The notes beneath the pieces were generated by a model that had not been told where the DNA came from, did no database searches, and worked only from the letters and a program-made list of their open reading frames with translations. Position numbers and translations under genes: made by a program. A DNA stretch of 64,000 nucleotides from Phoronis australis (taxonomy: Eukaryota; Animalia; Phoronida). Each line of letters opens with the position of its first letter. Within the stretch, counting starts at the first letter, position 1. Positions 24,001-39,000 of the stretch are shown in pieces. The DNA lies in contig NMRA01000250.1 of the NCBI GenBank assembly GCA_002633005.1, positions 211,112 to 275,111 of the forward strand, in the 5' to 3' direction.

Positions 24001-27000
24001 GGCTCATGGTGGTGTACATGTTTTGTCCTGTGGGACCCTTATCCTATGGGTGGCTCATGGTGGTGTACATGTTTTGTCATGTGGGACCCTTATCCTATGG
24101 GTGGCTCATGGTGGTATACATGTTTTGTCCTGTGGTACCCTTATCCTATGGGTGGCTCATGGTGGTGTACATGTTTTTTTTATAATATCAGATGTCAAGA
24201 ACTGAACCATTCCTTTGTGAGAACCACCTACAGTAAAAATTGTTCAATTTGTGAGGAAAATTGCCAAGACTTAGTACTTTTCTGCAAATGATGAAAAGTT
24301 ATCTAGTTGTTTGGTGATATTATACCTGTCTGTTATACTTTGTAACGAACTGGCAGGAATGGAGCATTTTGGATTTGGTCTCCAAGAACCATTAAAATTA
24401 ATTATTGTAGTTTTGACAATAAACTGTCACTTTTCAAAGTGATTACTTATGATTGTCTCATGATAAAACATTTTTTATAGCCCTTCCAGTCACATGTAGT
24501 GACGTATATTTTGCTGGTGTACACTAGTGAGGTAGCGAACCTATAACACACTAGAATGGTCTGGCCTTTCACCTGGTATGGTCTCACCAGACTTGCAAGA
24601 TAATAAGCATCCCCAACTTTGTTTCATAACACCTTTCTGATACAAATAAGCTGGACAGGTTTGATTCTACTGCTCTTTCTGCATTCAGGTTCTACCAAGA
24701 CGAAGTATTTGCTGACATCCACCGCGTGGATGGGCTGCGTGGCATCTTCATAGCGTCCCAGCTGCGGCCGGGCTCTTTCAGTATGCTCAATCAGACTACA
24801 TACATCACGTTTGACAACGGCGGCTACTGGAGTCGAGTGATTGCCCCGGCCCGCTACCGTAATGGTTCACTGACTGCCTGTGCTCGTGTAAGTACATTCA
24901 TGGATCGTTCTATTCTAATGGACTTATTAGCCTAGTAAGTTGTCAGTTATTGAGCTTGGAAAATGCATTTTCATAACGCGACTTTAGCGATTATGCTGCT
25001 TGTGTGTTCCCTCATGAGAAATAAACCATTCTTTTGCCTCAAAACCTGTGTTCAGTACGATGCTGTTGTGTTGATATTTCTCAGTTGAAGCAGACCTAAA
25101 TTAAACCCTCTGCAGTCATGTGAAACTATCTCTCATTGTTGACTCGAGGTCTTCTTCATTTGGCTAAATGTATGAGATGCATAGGTTAAAACTGAATCTG
25201 TTGTCAAGAACACCTGGCCAGATAATTCATCCATGCTCCTGATGAACTGATAATTACAGGCGTCAGAATGAGCAATACTGCTCAAGCCGTACTAAGCTAC
25301 AGTGACTGGTGGTGGCGCCCACTCCACATATTATTCACCAGTCTACTCAAATCTAATCACTCGGCACATTACTTTCATTGGTCTCCTTGCAAGTGAATAA
25401 AACTGTTAAGTTGGATGAGCGAAAATTTCTTGGAATACTTGAATATGAGAAGTTCCTTCAATTCTTCTGCATCCTGTGTCCTGTTCACCTATATTTCGAA
25501 CGTCCAGGTTCTTTGCAGATTTCTCTTGCGTTCTATTGTGGCATGGTTTGATGATTTTGATTTAATTTTAATATCTAGACATAAAAATTGAGTCGTGAAA
25601 TAAGTTAATGATTTTTGTTTTCAATGGGTTATACTGTGGTCGGTATGGATCGATTCTATTCTGTTTTTTAATAAATAAACAGCTTCATTTACGATTTCAC
25701 TATTATAAAATAGACTGTGCAGGCTTTAAGATAATGCTTTTTACAAGCATAGAAATGAAAAGAAAACATTCATACCTGCATACTTACGGACATGCACACT
25801 TGTGGTGGGGGTCATTTACAACTCAAAAATAAATTGCCTCGAACTAAAAGTTCACTAGTTAATAAGGTGAGAAATTAATTTGTTTCTGTATTTGAGCTTA
25901 TGTGCTTAGCTGTAAAAATATTCTTTTGAAGAGTCTTAGGGACCCACACCGTCGCACACACTTAGAGTTATGTATGACGTTATCGACAAGTCTGTGGATT
26001 TAAGAAATATTAACTAAAATTTATTTTTGTTGAATTTGAGTTTTATCTTTGTGCTTATCTCGAATTGATTGGGTTACATGGCCAAGTCTGTTCAGCAAAA
26101 TTTTGCAAAAAACAAACTAAGGTACTTTCATAGCAAAACAACGGAAACGATAAGATGACCAAATTTGTTTTGATGTAACTGTTCAAGATGAAATCCCGAA
26201 AAGTGCTGTTATGATCTTTTTGTTCCAATTCATTTTTTAATTTTTTTTCAGAAAAATCATAAAAGTCCCATTTTTGATTATCCCTCATGAAAAAGCCAAA
26301 CATGTTAAGAACAATTCCTAATGAAGTTTTGTAGAGCAGTGTATGAAACATAGTATTGCATGAATTCGATCAACAATTTCTGAGATGCTCCAAAGTTAGC
26401 CAAATTTGGATGTTTTTGAGGCTTTTTGTATATTAAGGGTACTGTGACATTCTCTTACAGTGGTGGCTCCACAGAGGGCGCTGCTCTCTTCACCTGACTC
26501 AGACTCTTCAGAGGCTCTACCCTGGGCGGAGGTATGTTGAGATCCTCTCAAAAAAGTCGGCCATCGGCATGATCATGGCCACTGGGGTTATCGGCGAACA
26601 CCTCAAGATGAACACCCCTCCATCTGTATTTATGTCCGATGACGCTGGCTTGACATGGAGAGAGGTATTTTTTACCAACTTGTAGCTGATGTCTGTTAAA
26701 ATAGCCATTTATTTAGGCGCACATGCATTTGTCAGAAACGATGCATTTTTTCAAAGAAAAAATCCTGCTCTGGTACTTTAAATTAGACACATTAGCCTAG
26801 TCTTCTCTCTAAGTGCAGAAATACTACCTTTTTGTACTTTTTTGTGTATTCATTTGGTAGTAATTATAATTTCATTTGACAGTTATTTTAAATTGAATGT
26901 GTGTCACCGTCTCGCATTTTGTTACCATAATTCGAGTTAAACCGTATTTTGAAAAATTAGCTTTTTCGGTTTACTCGAGTTTTACCCTATTGGGCACATG

Positions 27001-30000
27001 CTTACTATTGCATTGAATCATGGTTCAGAGTAAATGATATTTGTGTTTTGTCAGGTTCTGAATGGAACGTACTATTATGCCTACGGTGACCATGGCGGCG
27101 TCATTGTGGCAGTGCGACAGATGTTACCTACGGGGGAAATTTTGTAAGTTCAATAACTTTAAATATTTAACAATACTGTGAAATGTAACCAATTTCAAAC
27201 AAAATTATTGGTACTGCTGACATTTTTGTGATTCTCTTCAATATTTCTAAAGCTTTATGAGGATAAAGCAAATAAAAATGAAAAAATGTGCCTGTTCTCA
27301 TTTTTGGGTCCTAAAGTAATGACATCACCAATGTCACAAAAATTAATATTTTTTCACTTGAACCATGCAACTTGAAATTACTTTTCATTATGCAGAGTGG
27401 CAGAATCTTCACAATTTATTTTGTGTGCTCTTAATGAAAGAACTACATGGCATAAAAAGTATATTCGGTTCTTTTTTCTCAAAATTTGAGTTTATCTAGC
27501 TGCACACCTTTTCAAAAAAGAAAATCCACCTGAGACGAGTAAAAATGATGCAGGATTGTTTTTTTTTTATTCATAGCTTTGCAAATCTTGGTGTTTTAAA
27601 ACTTTGTTTACCTTTGCATAAATATGTGCCTTTGTGCAACTTTTTAAAGGGAATAATAGGAGACATTATCTGAAAGTGTTGTGTGCACACTTTTTGTCGG
27701 TGTTTCTTCTTAGTTGGTGAGCACAAGTCTCAAAATAACTCAAGAGTACAGACTAGAACTAGCTGTTTTTTGACCTAACCTACAATTTTAAAGCAAAAAC
27801 AAAACAATTTTTGGTAGTTGCAACTTGCTAAATCATCCGAAATATAATGAAAATGATAGTACAGTGTGGAAAATTAAGAGTTGTTAACTTAATGACTAGT
27901 AATATTTCTTGACCAGCTTATGTGGTCATGTTATTTGATAAATGGTGTGTGTTGGGGACATGTCTGTAAACCTGTCTGTTATTTTGTAATAAATGTTTAA
28001 AAGATAGATTTCGTGTTGCACATGCAAAATTGAAACTAAGCAACACAACCTCCAGATCACCCAGGATTGTGCATTGTAAAGGTTGACTCATTATTATTTA
28101 TGGCACTCCATCTACTAATAAGTTTGACGTACTTACAGTAATTGTACAATGATATCGAATGAGTTTCAACTTTCGAAACACAGCATTCATTTATTTCTTG
28201 GTATAAGTACATGAAAGATGCCTTTTTTTAGAAAAACATGTTAGCAATAACTTCTTGATGGAGATTTTTTCATTCTTTTGAGATGGAACACAAGGGGACC
28301 TTTTGCATGTTTCCAGTAGTTTGTTGTTAGTGTTCATGAACAGTAGAACAAAAAGAATGAAAAATGTGATGCTTTACATAACAACCAGTCATTCATCTTA
28401 TGTCTTATCATTCCTCTGTTTTCAGATATTCAACAGACATGGGAGAGACCTGGGACGTGCATGAGTTTTCCAAAGAAAAGATACGCGTATATGGCCTGCT
28501 GACAGAGCCCGGAGAGCACACTTCTGTCTTCTCCATGTTTGGCTCCAAGCTGGGTCATCACAGCTGGATTATCACGAAAATTAACATGACTCAAGTGTTC
28601 CGTTAGTATTTTCTTCGTTGAGTCCTTGCATACACTGTTTACTGGTCTTATCTCTTTGTAATATCTTCCTTTCTCGTAATTTCGTTTGACTTTCACTTTG
28701 CCTCTTCTTTTCTGTTTCTCCATCCACTTCCTCTTTCTCCCCCCTCTCCCTTNNNNNNNNNNNNNNNNNNNNNNNNNNNNNNNNNNNNNNNNNNNNNNNN
28801 NNNNNNNNNNNNNNNNNNNNNNNNNNNNNNNNNNNNNNNNNNNNNNNNNNNNNNNNNNNNNNNNNNNNNNNNNNNNNNNNNNNNNNNNNNNNNNNNNNNN
28901 NNNNNNNNNNNNNNNNNNNNNNGTTTCCTTTCAGCCAATCTTCCTCGCTTCTGCATTCCTCTGCATTCCCTCTCTGCCAGTCTCTCCATGTTTTCTCCAT
29001 ACCATCTCTGCCAGTCTACCCCTTCCCACCCCCTACCCATCCGTGTCTCCCTATTTTTCCTCAAAGTGTTATTCTTGTCCATTCCTTTTTCCTTTCTCTT
29101 TACTATTTTCTTTTCTATACTCGGCTTCTCTAAACATTGTTCTATTCCCCCTTCCTTCTTGTCTCACCTCTCTGTCTTCCACTCATATTTCTCTTCATCT
29201 CCATTCCCATTTCCTAATTTCCTCCTATCTGCTACATTCTTGAATTCAAATATGTCTGTCTAGTGAGCAAATAGTTGACCATGTGGTTGTACAGGACTGG
29301 ATAATGAGTTAGAAGTAAAATTTAAGGATTGTTGGCAACGTTAGTTTTGCCGATTGTGACAAGTAAGGACGGTTTTGCTCTCGTCTTCACAGTCCCTGTA
29401 ATCTGTCTATGTGTACGCAGGATACACGTGCAGGAATGAGGACTACAAACAGTGGTCTCCCTCTGGCAGTGCTGGCAGCCATTGTCTGCTGGGCCGAACG
29501 ATAACCTACAAGCGACGGATCGCCCACAGCCAGTGCTTCAACGGTGAAGGAATGGTTCATGCCACCATCTCATCCAACTGCACATGCTCACGCACGGATT
29601 TTGAGTGGTGAGTTGTGTAAAGTCTTACAAGAGTTTCCATTTTTAGATACGCCCTGTGGCTTTGTGTAAGGAGAGTACACCTAGGGCATATTTGTGGAAA
29701 AATATGCATGTTCCAGCAAAATCCTTATGGGAAGGGGGGGCGGCAGTAGAAATAAAAATTCACAGGTGGTGGTCTTCAGAAAAAAGCTCAAATTATGGGT
29801 GGTCGTTCTTGTATGAAGTAAAGCATTAAAACTGGGTGGTATTTTTTGACCTGTAAATGTTGACAGGTTGGTATTTTCAACACATCTCAAAAGAAATCAA
29901 AACTCACCTAAAATTCACTTCGTAAATACCCAAACATATCCCGAAACAAAAAACAAACCCATGTTGCTTGTGTACAGAGTGCAATATGTACACTATGCCA

Positions 30001-33000
30001 TTAATCAAGTCATGGGCAACTTAATTACAAGCACATGTTGTACTGCAGTCATATTAAAATGAAAATTTCGGCAACACTAAACTGGTGTTGACACATATAA
30101 GAAAATTGATGATTTTTAAATAAAAAGTATGAGGAGTCAGATGAACAAGTTCCAATATTCACTTGACATAGTAGTCTAAAAGCGTTCGTGGAGACAGTTT
30201 GAGATTCATAGATCCTTGAAATTGAAAAAATTTATTGTAATTACAGAGACACGTGGTGAACAGAGACACAAAGTATTGCTCACAGGTGTCTTTGAAAAGC
30301 AAGCTTCTGGTAACTGATATGAGTTGTGATCTCACATGGAATATTTCTGCACCCATAAAAATTTTGCAGTCGGTTGGTACGTCTGTCATTATCATTTCTT
30401 GTCCATCAATAATCTGAAGAACCGCTTGGCGGATCATGATGAAATTTGGTATAGAGGTACTTGGCAAGGATGCGCTTGCACCAGTCGATTTCCGGGCAGA
30501 TTTGGCAACCTCGGTACTGGGTGTAGGCCGCTTTAGTTTTCATTCCTTGTATGTTGATTATCACAAAAACTGCTTCACTGATCATGACGCTGGATTCAAC
30601 TACTGTGGCACCCTGTTAGTTTTTGACAAGACAGGTTGATTTCTCAAAAAGTTCTAAGCACAACTGGAAATTTGGCACAAAAATATATGGCAGGAATGGA
30701 TGCGTTGACAGAAATTAAAAAATTATGGGTCATGGGTTGGAGAAATAAATGAAAAATATGGGCGTTGGGTACGAAATAAGTTCCTTCCCCCCCTCCCATA
30801 CATTTTTGCTGCAACAGCCCTTACCAGTTTAATAAGAAATGGACACCAAAACCATAAAATGTAAATTTTTAATTACAGAGGGTACAATGATCGATGACGT
30901 TGTATGTTCACTCTCTTGGTTTCTCTTTGCATACTGGCGACGGGATTGATACACCCAAGTGTATATCTAAAACACAATACCATATATTTCGATTTGTTTT
31001 TTTGTCCCTAAATGATTTAATCTGTAGGTTTTGTGCACCAGCAATGTTTAAGCTCTTTCATGCACTGAGGATAGGTTCTGCTGCTGACCTTTATTTCACT
31101 AGAGATTTGTGAAATGTCTGTCTTCCTCGCCACCTGTTGGCTGGAAATGTAGGTGAACTAACTTACTCTTTTCATCGGTTGGCTTCATTCTGCTTGGAAT
31201 GGTGAGTTCTCACAATCCATTGCAGGTATCCACAAATCTCGAACCTTAAAAAGGTCGATGACAGTTTCTAGTCTGTATGCTATAATTGTATCATATTTTG
31301 TACAGGTGAATATTAAGGAATTATGAATCAATTAATTTTAAAAAAATGAGCTATGTTTGTGATTGAAATCGCATTTTTACAGAATTATTAAGAACCCCAT
31401 TCTATGTTATATTATTTATTGGTTTTGATTTCATGTACCAATAACTGGGAAATCAAAGAAATTTTTTAATGTTCTCCAAAGTGAATCTTGTATCAATTTT
31501 TGTTAGAGTGCAAAGCCATGGTAATGTTACTGACAACAAACTGTGTGAAAAGGCCGGTGATGAGTTTCTAGTGTGCCTGCTATTGTATCATGTTTTGTAC
31601 ATGTGAATAATTATGAATTAAGGAAAACATGAACTATGTATTTTTACCCACAACTGGGTAATTAAAGAAATATTTTATGTCTTCCAAAGCCATGTTATTA
31701 TTATTATGTATCATTTTATCATGTCACTGAATGTTTTGGTGTGATTGCACACTAGTCTAAATACTAACAAGCATGAGGCGGTGTTAGACACTCCAAGCCA
31801 TATGTAGCAATGAGGTCAAAAGATCAAAAATCAAAAGGTCAAAAGTCATGTCCACACCAAACAATTGAGTTCATGGCGGCAAGCCTCAGAAGCATGAATT
31901 TTGACAAAAGTCTATAGGTTCGTAGTGCAGTAATGAGTGATGAGGAATTCCAGTACTTGCTCAAATACCTCTAAAATGGTATTTATGCCATTGACCGAGG
32001 ATTTTTTTACCATGTACTGCTTTGTCTAGCTTATGTGTTTTATGCTTTTCAGTGATTACGGCTTTAAGGCAGCTTACGAGAGCTCTCTACTCAACATACA
32101 TCCACCGTGTGTTTACGACACAAACTCTTCCGTCGACGTTCACAAAATCCCCGACACGTGTTATCCAGGCGGAGTGTACTACAGAAGTAAAGGGTAGGTG
32201 TCTTGATGATGTCTTAGTCAACTTAAGGTTATTTAGGAACCTAGAAAGATTCCTATTTTGGCCAACTTTGCAACGTCGCATCTCAAAAATTGCGGATCAG
32301 ATTCACGTGACACTTTCTGATGCTCTGCTTTGTTCTCCAGAGCGCTGTCAAGAATTGTTTTGGAAAATGGTCCACTTTTACACGAGGGCGATCAGAGAAT
32401 GGTACGTGACATCTAAAAAACTGTTCCAATCTGTTTGAGATTTTATCCTGAACATTTCATATATCATATGAAATTTGGTCAAAGACATGTTATTCTCCTA
32501 TTGTTTTGCTGTGAACGTGCCTTTCTTTTTGGCTAAATGTTCCAAAAAACGCAGGGTCCTGTGACTTAGTTAATTTGGTATGAAGTCAGACTACGGAATT
32601 TCTACTTTCAGAAGATATATTCTTATGTTGAGTTAAATTCTACAGTTTTGTAGTTATTTGGCCTTAATCTACAAACTTGTTCAGAAGGTCTTACATAATC
32701 TTAAGGCGATAATGAGTGTGTCTTTTGCGGGTCAAAAATGGACAATTTCCAAGTGAGATGAAATATGAATAAATTGGTATATTAAGCCAAAAATAACACT
32801 TGCCAACGCAAAATTTGTCTATCTAGTAATTCTTGAATTTGGGATGTCCAATATTGTCTGTTTCTAAAATCTGGTACAAGCTCCCAACCTTGGGTTAAAT
32901 TTTTCACTGGTACAAACTCTCAACCTGGAGCAAAATTAATTTTTCACTGGTACAAGCCCCCAACCTTGAGCAAAATGATTAATTTTCACTGTCCCAAACT

Positions 33001-36000
33001 GGCGAATTTTTACTATACCTTTGTTTTATCTTCAATGGACACAAGTCGTCGACAAATTCGCCTGCTTGTGCTGGGTTCATGTTTCTCTGTGGTCCATTTC
33101 AGATATCGTAAAGTACCAGGCGACACCTGCCAGGGAGGCGGAGAACGTTTCCTTGCCCCAGACATACTGACGTGTCCCATGGACGGTAAGAGTGTTCCTC
33201 TGCAGCATTACGTTTTGGTGATTTCTATGAAAAAAGCAAAAAATTGCATCTTTCTCAAGGGAGACATTTTGACTTTTACCATCGGGCTGTAATCCAGAAC
33301 TGTGGCTTCTATCTCAGAATCCTGGTTCTTGAAAACGAATAATTTTCACTTAGAAAAGCTGTATTACTTCAAATAGGAGAACCTTCTAGAATGTGTAGTC
33401 TGCTGTCCGAGAGACTGTATAAAAATGGATTACTTTGAACAACTTGCAGTGCAGCGGCCACCTGTGGTTCAGGAATTGCACTAATTTCCGTGACTTTCGC
33501 AGATAAAGAAGAGTTTCTGCTCTACTCTAACAAGACTTCTATTCGCAAGTTCATCCTGGGCTCCAGCCGTGACTTCTTGATCCCAACGTACGGTCTGAAG
33601 AACGTCATCTCTGTAGACTACGACTACTATGACGACTGTGTGTACTGGGCGGACTTAGAAGACGATGACATCAAGGTATTAAAGGAGATAACGCAGTGGG
33701 GTTCCTTTTAGCAACATTTGAAATTGTTGCCAAATCGTTTAATTGATGTTTGTGACGTGCGACGTGTTTGATTTATGAAATGCTACCTGTCCCTCAATGA
33801 AACCATTTCAGTATTACTAGAGTTACCCCCTCTTGTGGAAACGTTTGAAATTAAATGAAAAATGATAATCTTTTTATAGCTTTGCTATTTGCTATGCACC
33901 AAGGAAACATATCTACAGTTCAAGACAAAAGTAATACTGCTTTTCTGTCATGACGGCTTATTCTGTCAATAAAATTTACTGGTAATAACAGTTAGAGTGG
34001 CAAAATTCTAATTACAGAATGTCTCGGCCATCTTACTAACTTGCCTCTTAATTCTAATTACAGAATGTCTCGGCCATCTTACTAACTTGCCTCTTAATTC
34101 TAATTACAGAATGTCTCGGCCATCTTACTAACTTGCCTGTTAATTCCTCTTCATTCTTGGTCATCAGGGGAGACTACTCTCACAAGAATTCTGCTTCCGC
34201 CCAGTCGTCATGACGATTGATTCCAGGTCATTTTGTCAAATACTTTTGTCTTGTACTTTATGCTTTGTTTTACTCTCATTTATCATTACTTTTGTCTTAT
34301 AATCATTAGCACAATGCGCTTAAGCACGCTTGTTCTTAACTCTTTCCAGCGCGTGTGCCTGAAAGGACCCCAGGAGGGTGCACAGCAGGTGGTCGTCCGT
34401 GGCAGTATGGAATCCGTACAGGGGCTGGCCTTTGACTGGATGGGTGACAATCTCTATTGGGTAGATGCTGGCACCAAGACGATCGAGGTGGTCCGCAAGG
34501 ATGGGCGCTTCCGACGCAGGCTGATCTGGAATACGCCAGGACACATGCTCCTGGACAGGCCACGCTCTCTTGCGCTTGACCCACGTCATGGGTGAGTAGG
34601 TGTCTTGCAAGGAGTAACATTGAATCTTCCGGCTATAGTTGCTTACAGGGGTACCAGATTCCGAGAACCAGTTTGGAGAATTCCCAATGAAATTAATTTT
34701 AAATGATGGAGTGTTCATTGTGCTAAAGCTATGACCTATTTAATCTGTTGCATCCTGGTCTCAAAGTGTGTTTCATCATAACTCACAACATGCTGATTTA
34801 GCCTTCTTGAATTGCTCTAAATTTTTGGTGAATTGTTGATTGGACAGTTCAGTCAAGTTGCTTTGTGCATGCATTTGTGACAGATTATCATGTATGGTGT
34901 AGCTTGGTAGGTTAATGTTTTTTATGCGCCTTATATTTATATGTGGACGCATTATGCCGTCATCTCCGTCCGTCCGTCCGGGTGGCGTCCGTCTGGCGTT
35001 AGCTGCTGTATCTCCAAAACCCTTTGACATATGTTCATGAAATTTGGCACGTATGTTCCATTCATGAATGGGATGGCATGAGCAAACTTTCGGACGGATC
35101 CGACTACCCGTGTGCCCCCTAGTGGCAATTTTATTTTTTTTACGTTCATCTTTGTATCTTCAAAAGTCCTGAACGGATTTTCATGAAATTTAATATGTAG
35201 GCACCTATTAGTGAGTTGACGCTATCCTCTTGTTTTCGGATGGATTCGACGTAGTTCGCACCACCTAGTGGCCATTTTTACTGTTTTCAAGTCTGCTTTT
35301 TTGCATCCACCCCTCTATCAACCAAACCGCTCCAAGGATGATTGTGAAAATTGGCATGTATGTGATTACTATAAAGAGGATGGTTGAGGATGATTTTCCG
35401 ACGATTTCGACTACTGTGGCACCTCCTAGTGGCAGTTTTGTTGTTGTTGCACCTATGGCTGTATCTCCTTAACCGTTCACAGGATCTTTACTTAATTTAG
35501 CAAGTGTATTTTTATGATGTTGACTACAGATGACGACAACGTTTGAACAGATCTATCTACTGCTGTGCCCCCTATTGGCAATTTTAGTTTTTTACGTTTA
35601 ACTCAGTATCTTCAAAGGTCCTCAACAGATTTTTATTAAATTTTAAATATAGGCATCTATTGGTGTGATGACGCTACCTTTCTGTTTTTGGATGGAATCG
35701 AGGTATTTTGCACCACCTAGTGGCCATTTTTGCTGTTTTCAAATATTGTTTTTGGTGTCCATCCCAGTATCAACCAAATCATTTGAAAATTGGCATATAT
35801 GATCTCAGTGTGAAGACGACCTTTGATGATAGTGACTGACTACTGTGGCGCCTCCTAGTGGTAGTTTTGTTTTGCGCCCATAGTTGTAGCTCCTAAACCC
35901 ACTGTAGGATCTTTACTAAATTTAGTAAGTGTATTTATATGAAGATAGCAGACGACGACGACAACTTTCAGGCGGATCCAACGGACACTGTGCCTACTAG

Positions 36001-39000
36001 TGGCAATTTCATTTTATTCTGTTTTCCTTTGTTTCTCTAATGTTCCTTGACAGATTTTTATGAAATATGGTATGTTCCTGTTTTTGAATGGATTGTATGC
36101 TTTTGCGCCATCTAGTGGCCATTTCTATGATGCAAATAAATAACCATAAAAGCACACCTTTTGCAATGCATTCGTGGGTGCATTTCAACGCTCCCCGTTG
36201 CTCTTGTGTTTTACTTTAAAATTCTGCACTTTTCGTTATGAAAATATTGTTTCGGTGGGAAACAACTTAATCTGTAATTACTAAAAAATTTATCCATCCA
36301 GAATAAACATGACTACTAAAAATTCTTTAGACAAAGACAACGGAAATTTATGCCTCATGAAGGTTTGACTTCCTTGATCTGGCAGCCATCCTCACTGATG
36401 ACTATTGAACACTCCGATGTGTGACGTCACAATTGGAAGGGGCAGAGCTAAAAAGCTTGGCAATACATGCTCGTAGCGCCATCCTATGGAAGAACTGGGT
36501 TTCTAGCTCCGCCCATTCCGAACGTAACATGACAGGTCTGAGTGTTCAACAGTCATCAGTTTGAGAATGGCTGTTGGATCAAGGAGGCTGAAAACGTTTA
36601 CAAGGTGTAACTTTTCGTCGTCTATGCCAAAAGAATTTTCAGTAGTCCACTTAACCTCTCATTATGCCGTTTGCCCCTGTGGATCCCTGCATTACTGATT
36701 CACTGTACTGTGTGATGTAATCACTCGTATATTTCTTTTTCAGCTACATGTATTGGGCTGACTGGTCCAGTTCCAATCCGCGCATCATGCGAGCCCAGAT
36801 GGATGGTGACAACCCCATTGTTTTTGCCTCTCATAGCACTAACATTCACTGGCCCAATGGTGTTGCCATCGACGACCAGCGAGAGGTCCTCTACTGGACT
36901 GACGGCTATACTGATAGCATCCTGATGGCACCACTGAACCACTTCACCACACCGTCGCGTACAAACATCACTGCACTTGTGTCCTCGCACTCCTTACTTC
37001 CACATCCCTATGCCATAGGAGTGTATAAGGTGAGCCTTCCTCAGTTGTTGCCAGTTGTCACCGAGTGACAACCAGTGTGTGTCATTTTGATGTAGAACAT
37101 CATGAGAGAATTAGAGTCTGCGTGATGTTTGTGCAGGCTCAAAAGATTTCAAGCTGCTGACTAATGTTGTTGCCATGTATTTGTTAACTCATGGCATTTA
37201 AGTTTAATTTCTGAAAATTATCTGAGAGTAACTAACAACAGTTTATACTATTCAGTTCTTGTACTTTTGCTGAGGTAAAATAGTTTTTTGGTGTAAGACC
37301 GAATTGCTGAGTGAACATAAGTCTCAATTCGATTTTTAGTGTAATGTTCCCCTCAACTTAAAATCTAGTATTACATGATTCAACTTTATTACCAAAATTA
37401 TCAGCCATGAGTTCCAGCATAAACACAAGGAGAAGGAGTTATGAGTGTTATCTCACCTTACTTTAGAACAGCAATTCCTTTTGACTGGCGTAAAATTAAA
37501 GCCTAACTTCAATGGAATTTCGTTATTTTAGATGCATTGAACTAACCAGATAGTCCTAGCAAATCCCTGGGTTAAATCACACAAATGTAAGTCCGTCAAA
37601 TGATAGGTGAAGCTGCCTTTTTGTGCCATGTTGCGTCACCATGAGATCCCGGCGCAAACAAGAAAAGGCCGATAGTAGTTGTATTGAATAGAACACCATT
37701 GTGTGCGGGTGTTATTTGCAGCTGTTTGAATTAAAAGGTGATTCTCGCAGTGACATAGACAAAAGCAACCCAATACGTCTAACAGTTTATAACATTTGGC
37801 AAGTTATGGCACTAGTGGGCTCAAAGTGATACTCTTAACACACTGTAGGAACCAAATTTACAGGTGTTACCATTCAAGATAGGCTTTAAAGTAGCATGGT
37901 CTCATTGAATAGCGAAATGTCAATTTTTTTGGCAAATGCAAAGAGCACTTCTTGTCTTTGAGATCAATTTTATAGCGGCAAATGTTCTTAATTAAAAGTT
38001 CCCTTCTTGGACGGATTGCGAGTTTATAGTTGCCATGAATTCAAACGTAGCTTCAGAAGAGCAAAAAAGTTGTTTATAACAACAGAATTTGACTTATAGC
38101 GTTATGGACTGGGCCCATATCTTAACCTTGTCGTATTTTACCAGGATGAGATATACTGGACTGACTGGTCAAAGCACGCCATCATGACGGCCGGCAAGTT
38201 CACGGGACACGATGTCCACATTGTCAAGGACAACATCCGCGGTATAATGGACCTGAAGATTCTACACAAGGCCTCTCAGCAGGGTTCGTGTTTATTACTT
38301 CAGAGCTCGACTCCGGTGTAAATGTGCACTCGAAAAAACAAGTGATTGCATATTTGCCACTCGTATTCCCGAATTTGCGCTAGTGAGAAGCGGTGACCAA
38401 AAAAATCCTGGGAACATCGGCTTGATGCCCATACAAGTGAAGTCACTTATCCACTCATATTTTCGAGTGTTTACTTGCTTATGTCGAGCCTTGCACATAT
38501 AATTGTTCATTTTTACTACTCCACATTATGTCAGTGCGTAAGCGTTGATAACTACCGTGTAATAACCCAAAGTGTTATGAAAGTTATGGACAAGCTTATC
38601 GAGAAGTATGTGCATTTGACCAAATATCTTCAAAACTATGTAGTAAGGTGCATTCATGGCAAACAGTACGATCAAATTTCGTTGTGATGTAAATAATTGA
38701 GATAAAATCTCAAAAACGCTGTTATAATTTTCTAAATTATAGTTCCGTTTTCGTTTTATGCAATTTGAAATTTTTTTCATAATATGAGTGTTCACCAAAT
38801 CCTTTACAGTGCTCTTGTGCATTTTAGAGAATGTCTCCGTTGTTATTTTGGTTTGTTTTAGATCAGTAAGGTTCATTACACTCAGTTACTCCTGAGTTGT
38901 AATGGACTGAGTAGTAAGAATTGTGCTCTCTTGCACACTTACCTTCCAGTGCAATGCTAGCTCTCCCAACTCATTTCAATACTCTCCATTCCTAGGCAGG

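Noticed and set aside
23368-24177. Regularly spaced repeats as a CRISPR array
   Set aside because: Head-to-tail units with no unique spacers, no cas genes, intronic eukaryotic context; same for 12257, 51633, 61042 and 63806.
23904-24291. Repetitive ORFs in three frames
   Set aside because: Result of a stop-free 51-nt minisatellite; no place in the SORL1 exon chain.
31250-31690. Diverged direct repeat pair about 300 bp apart
   Set aside because: Old non-coding intronic duplication without splice or coding signals.
32022-32438. 138-aa ORF
   Set aside because: Off-frame overlap of SORL1 exon 13 plus intron; the real exon is in another frame.
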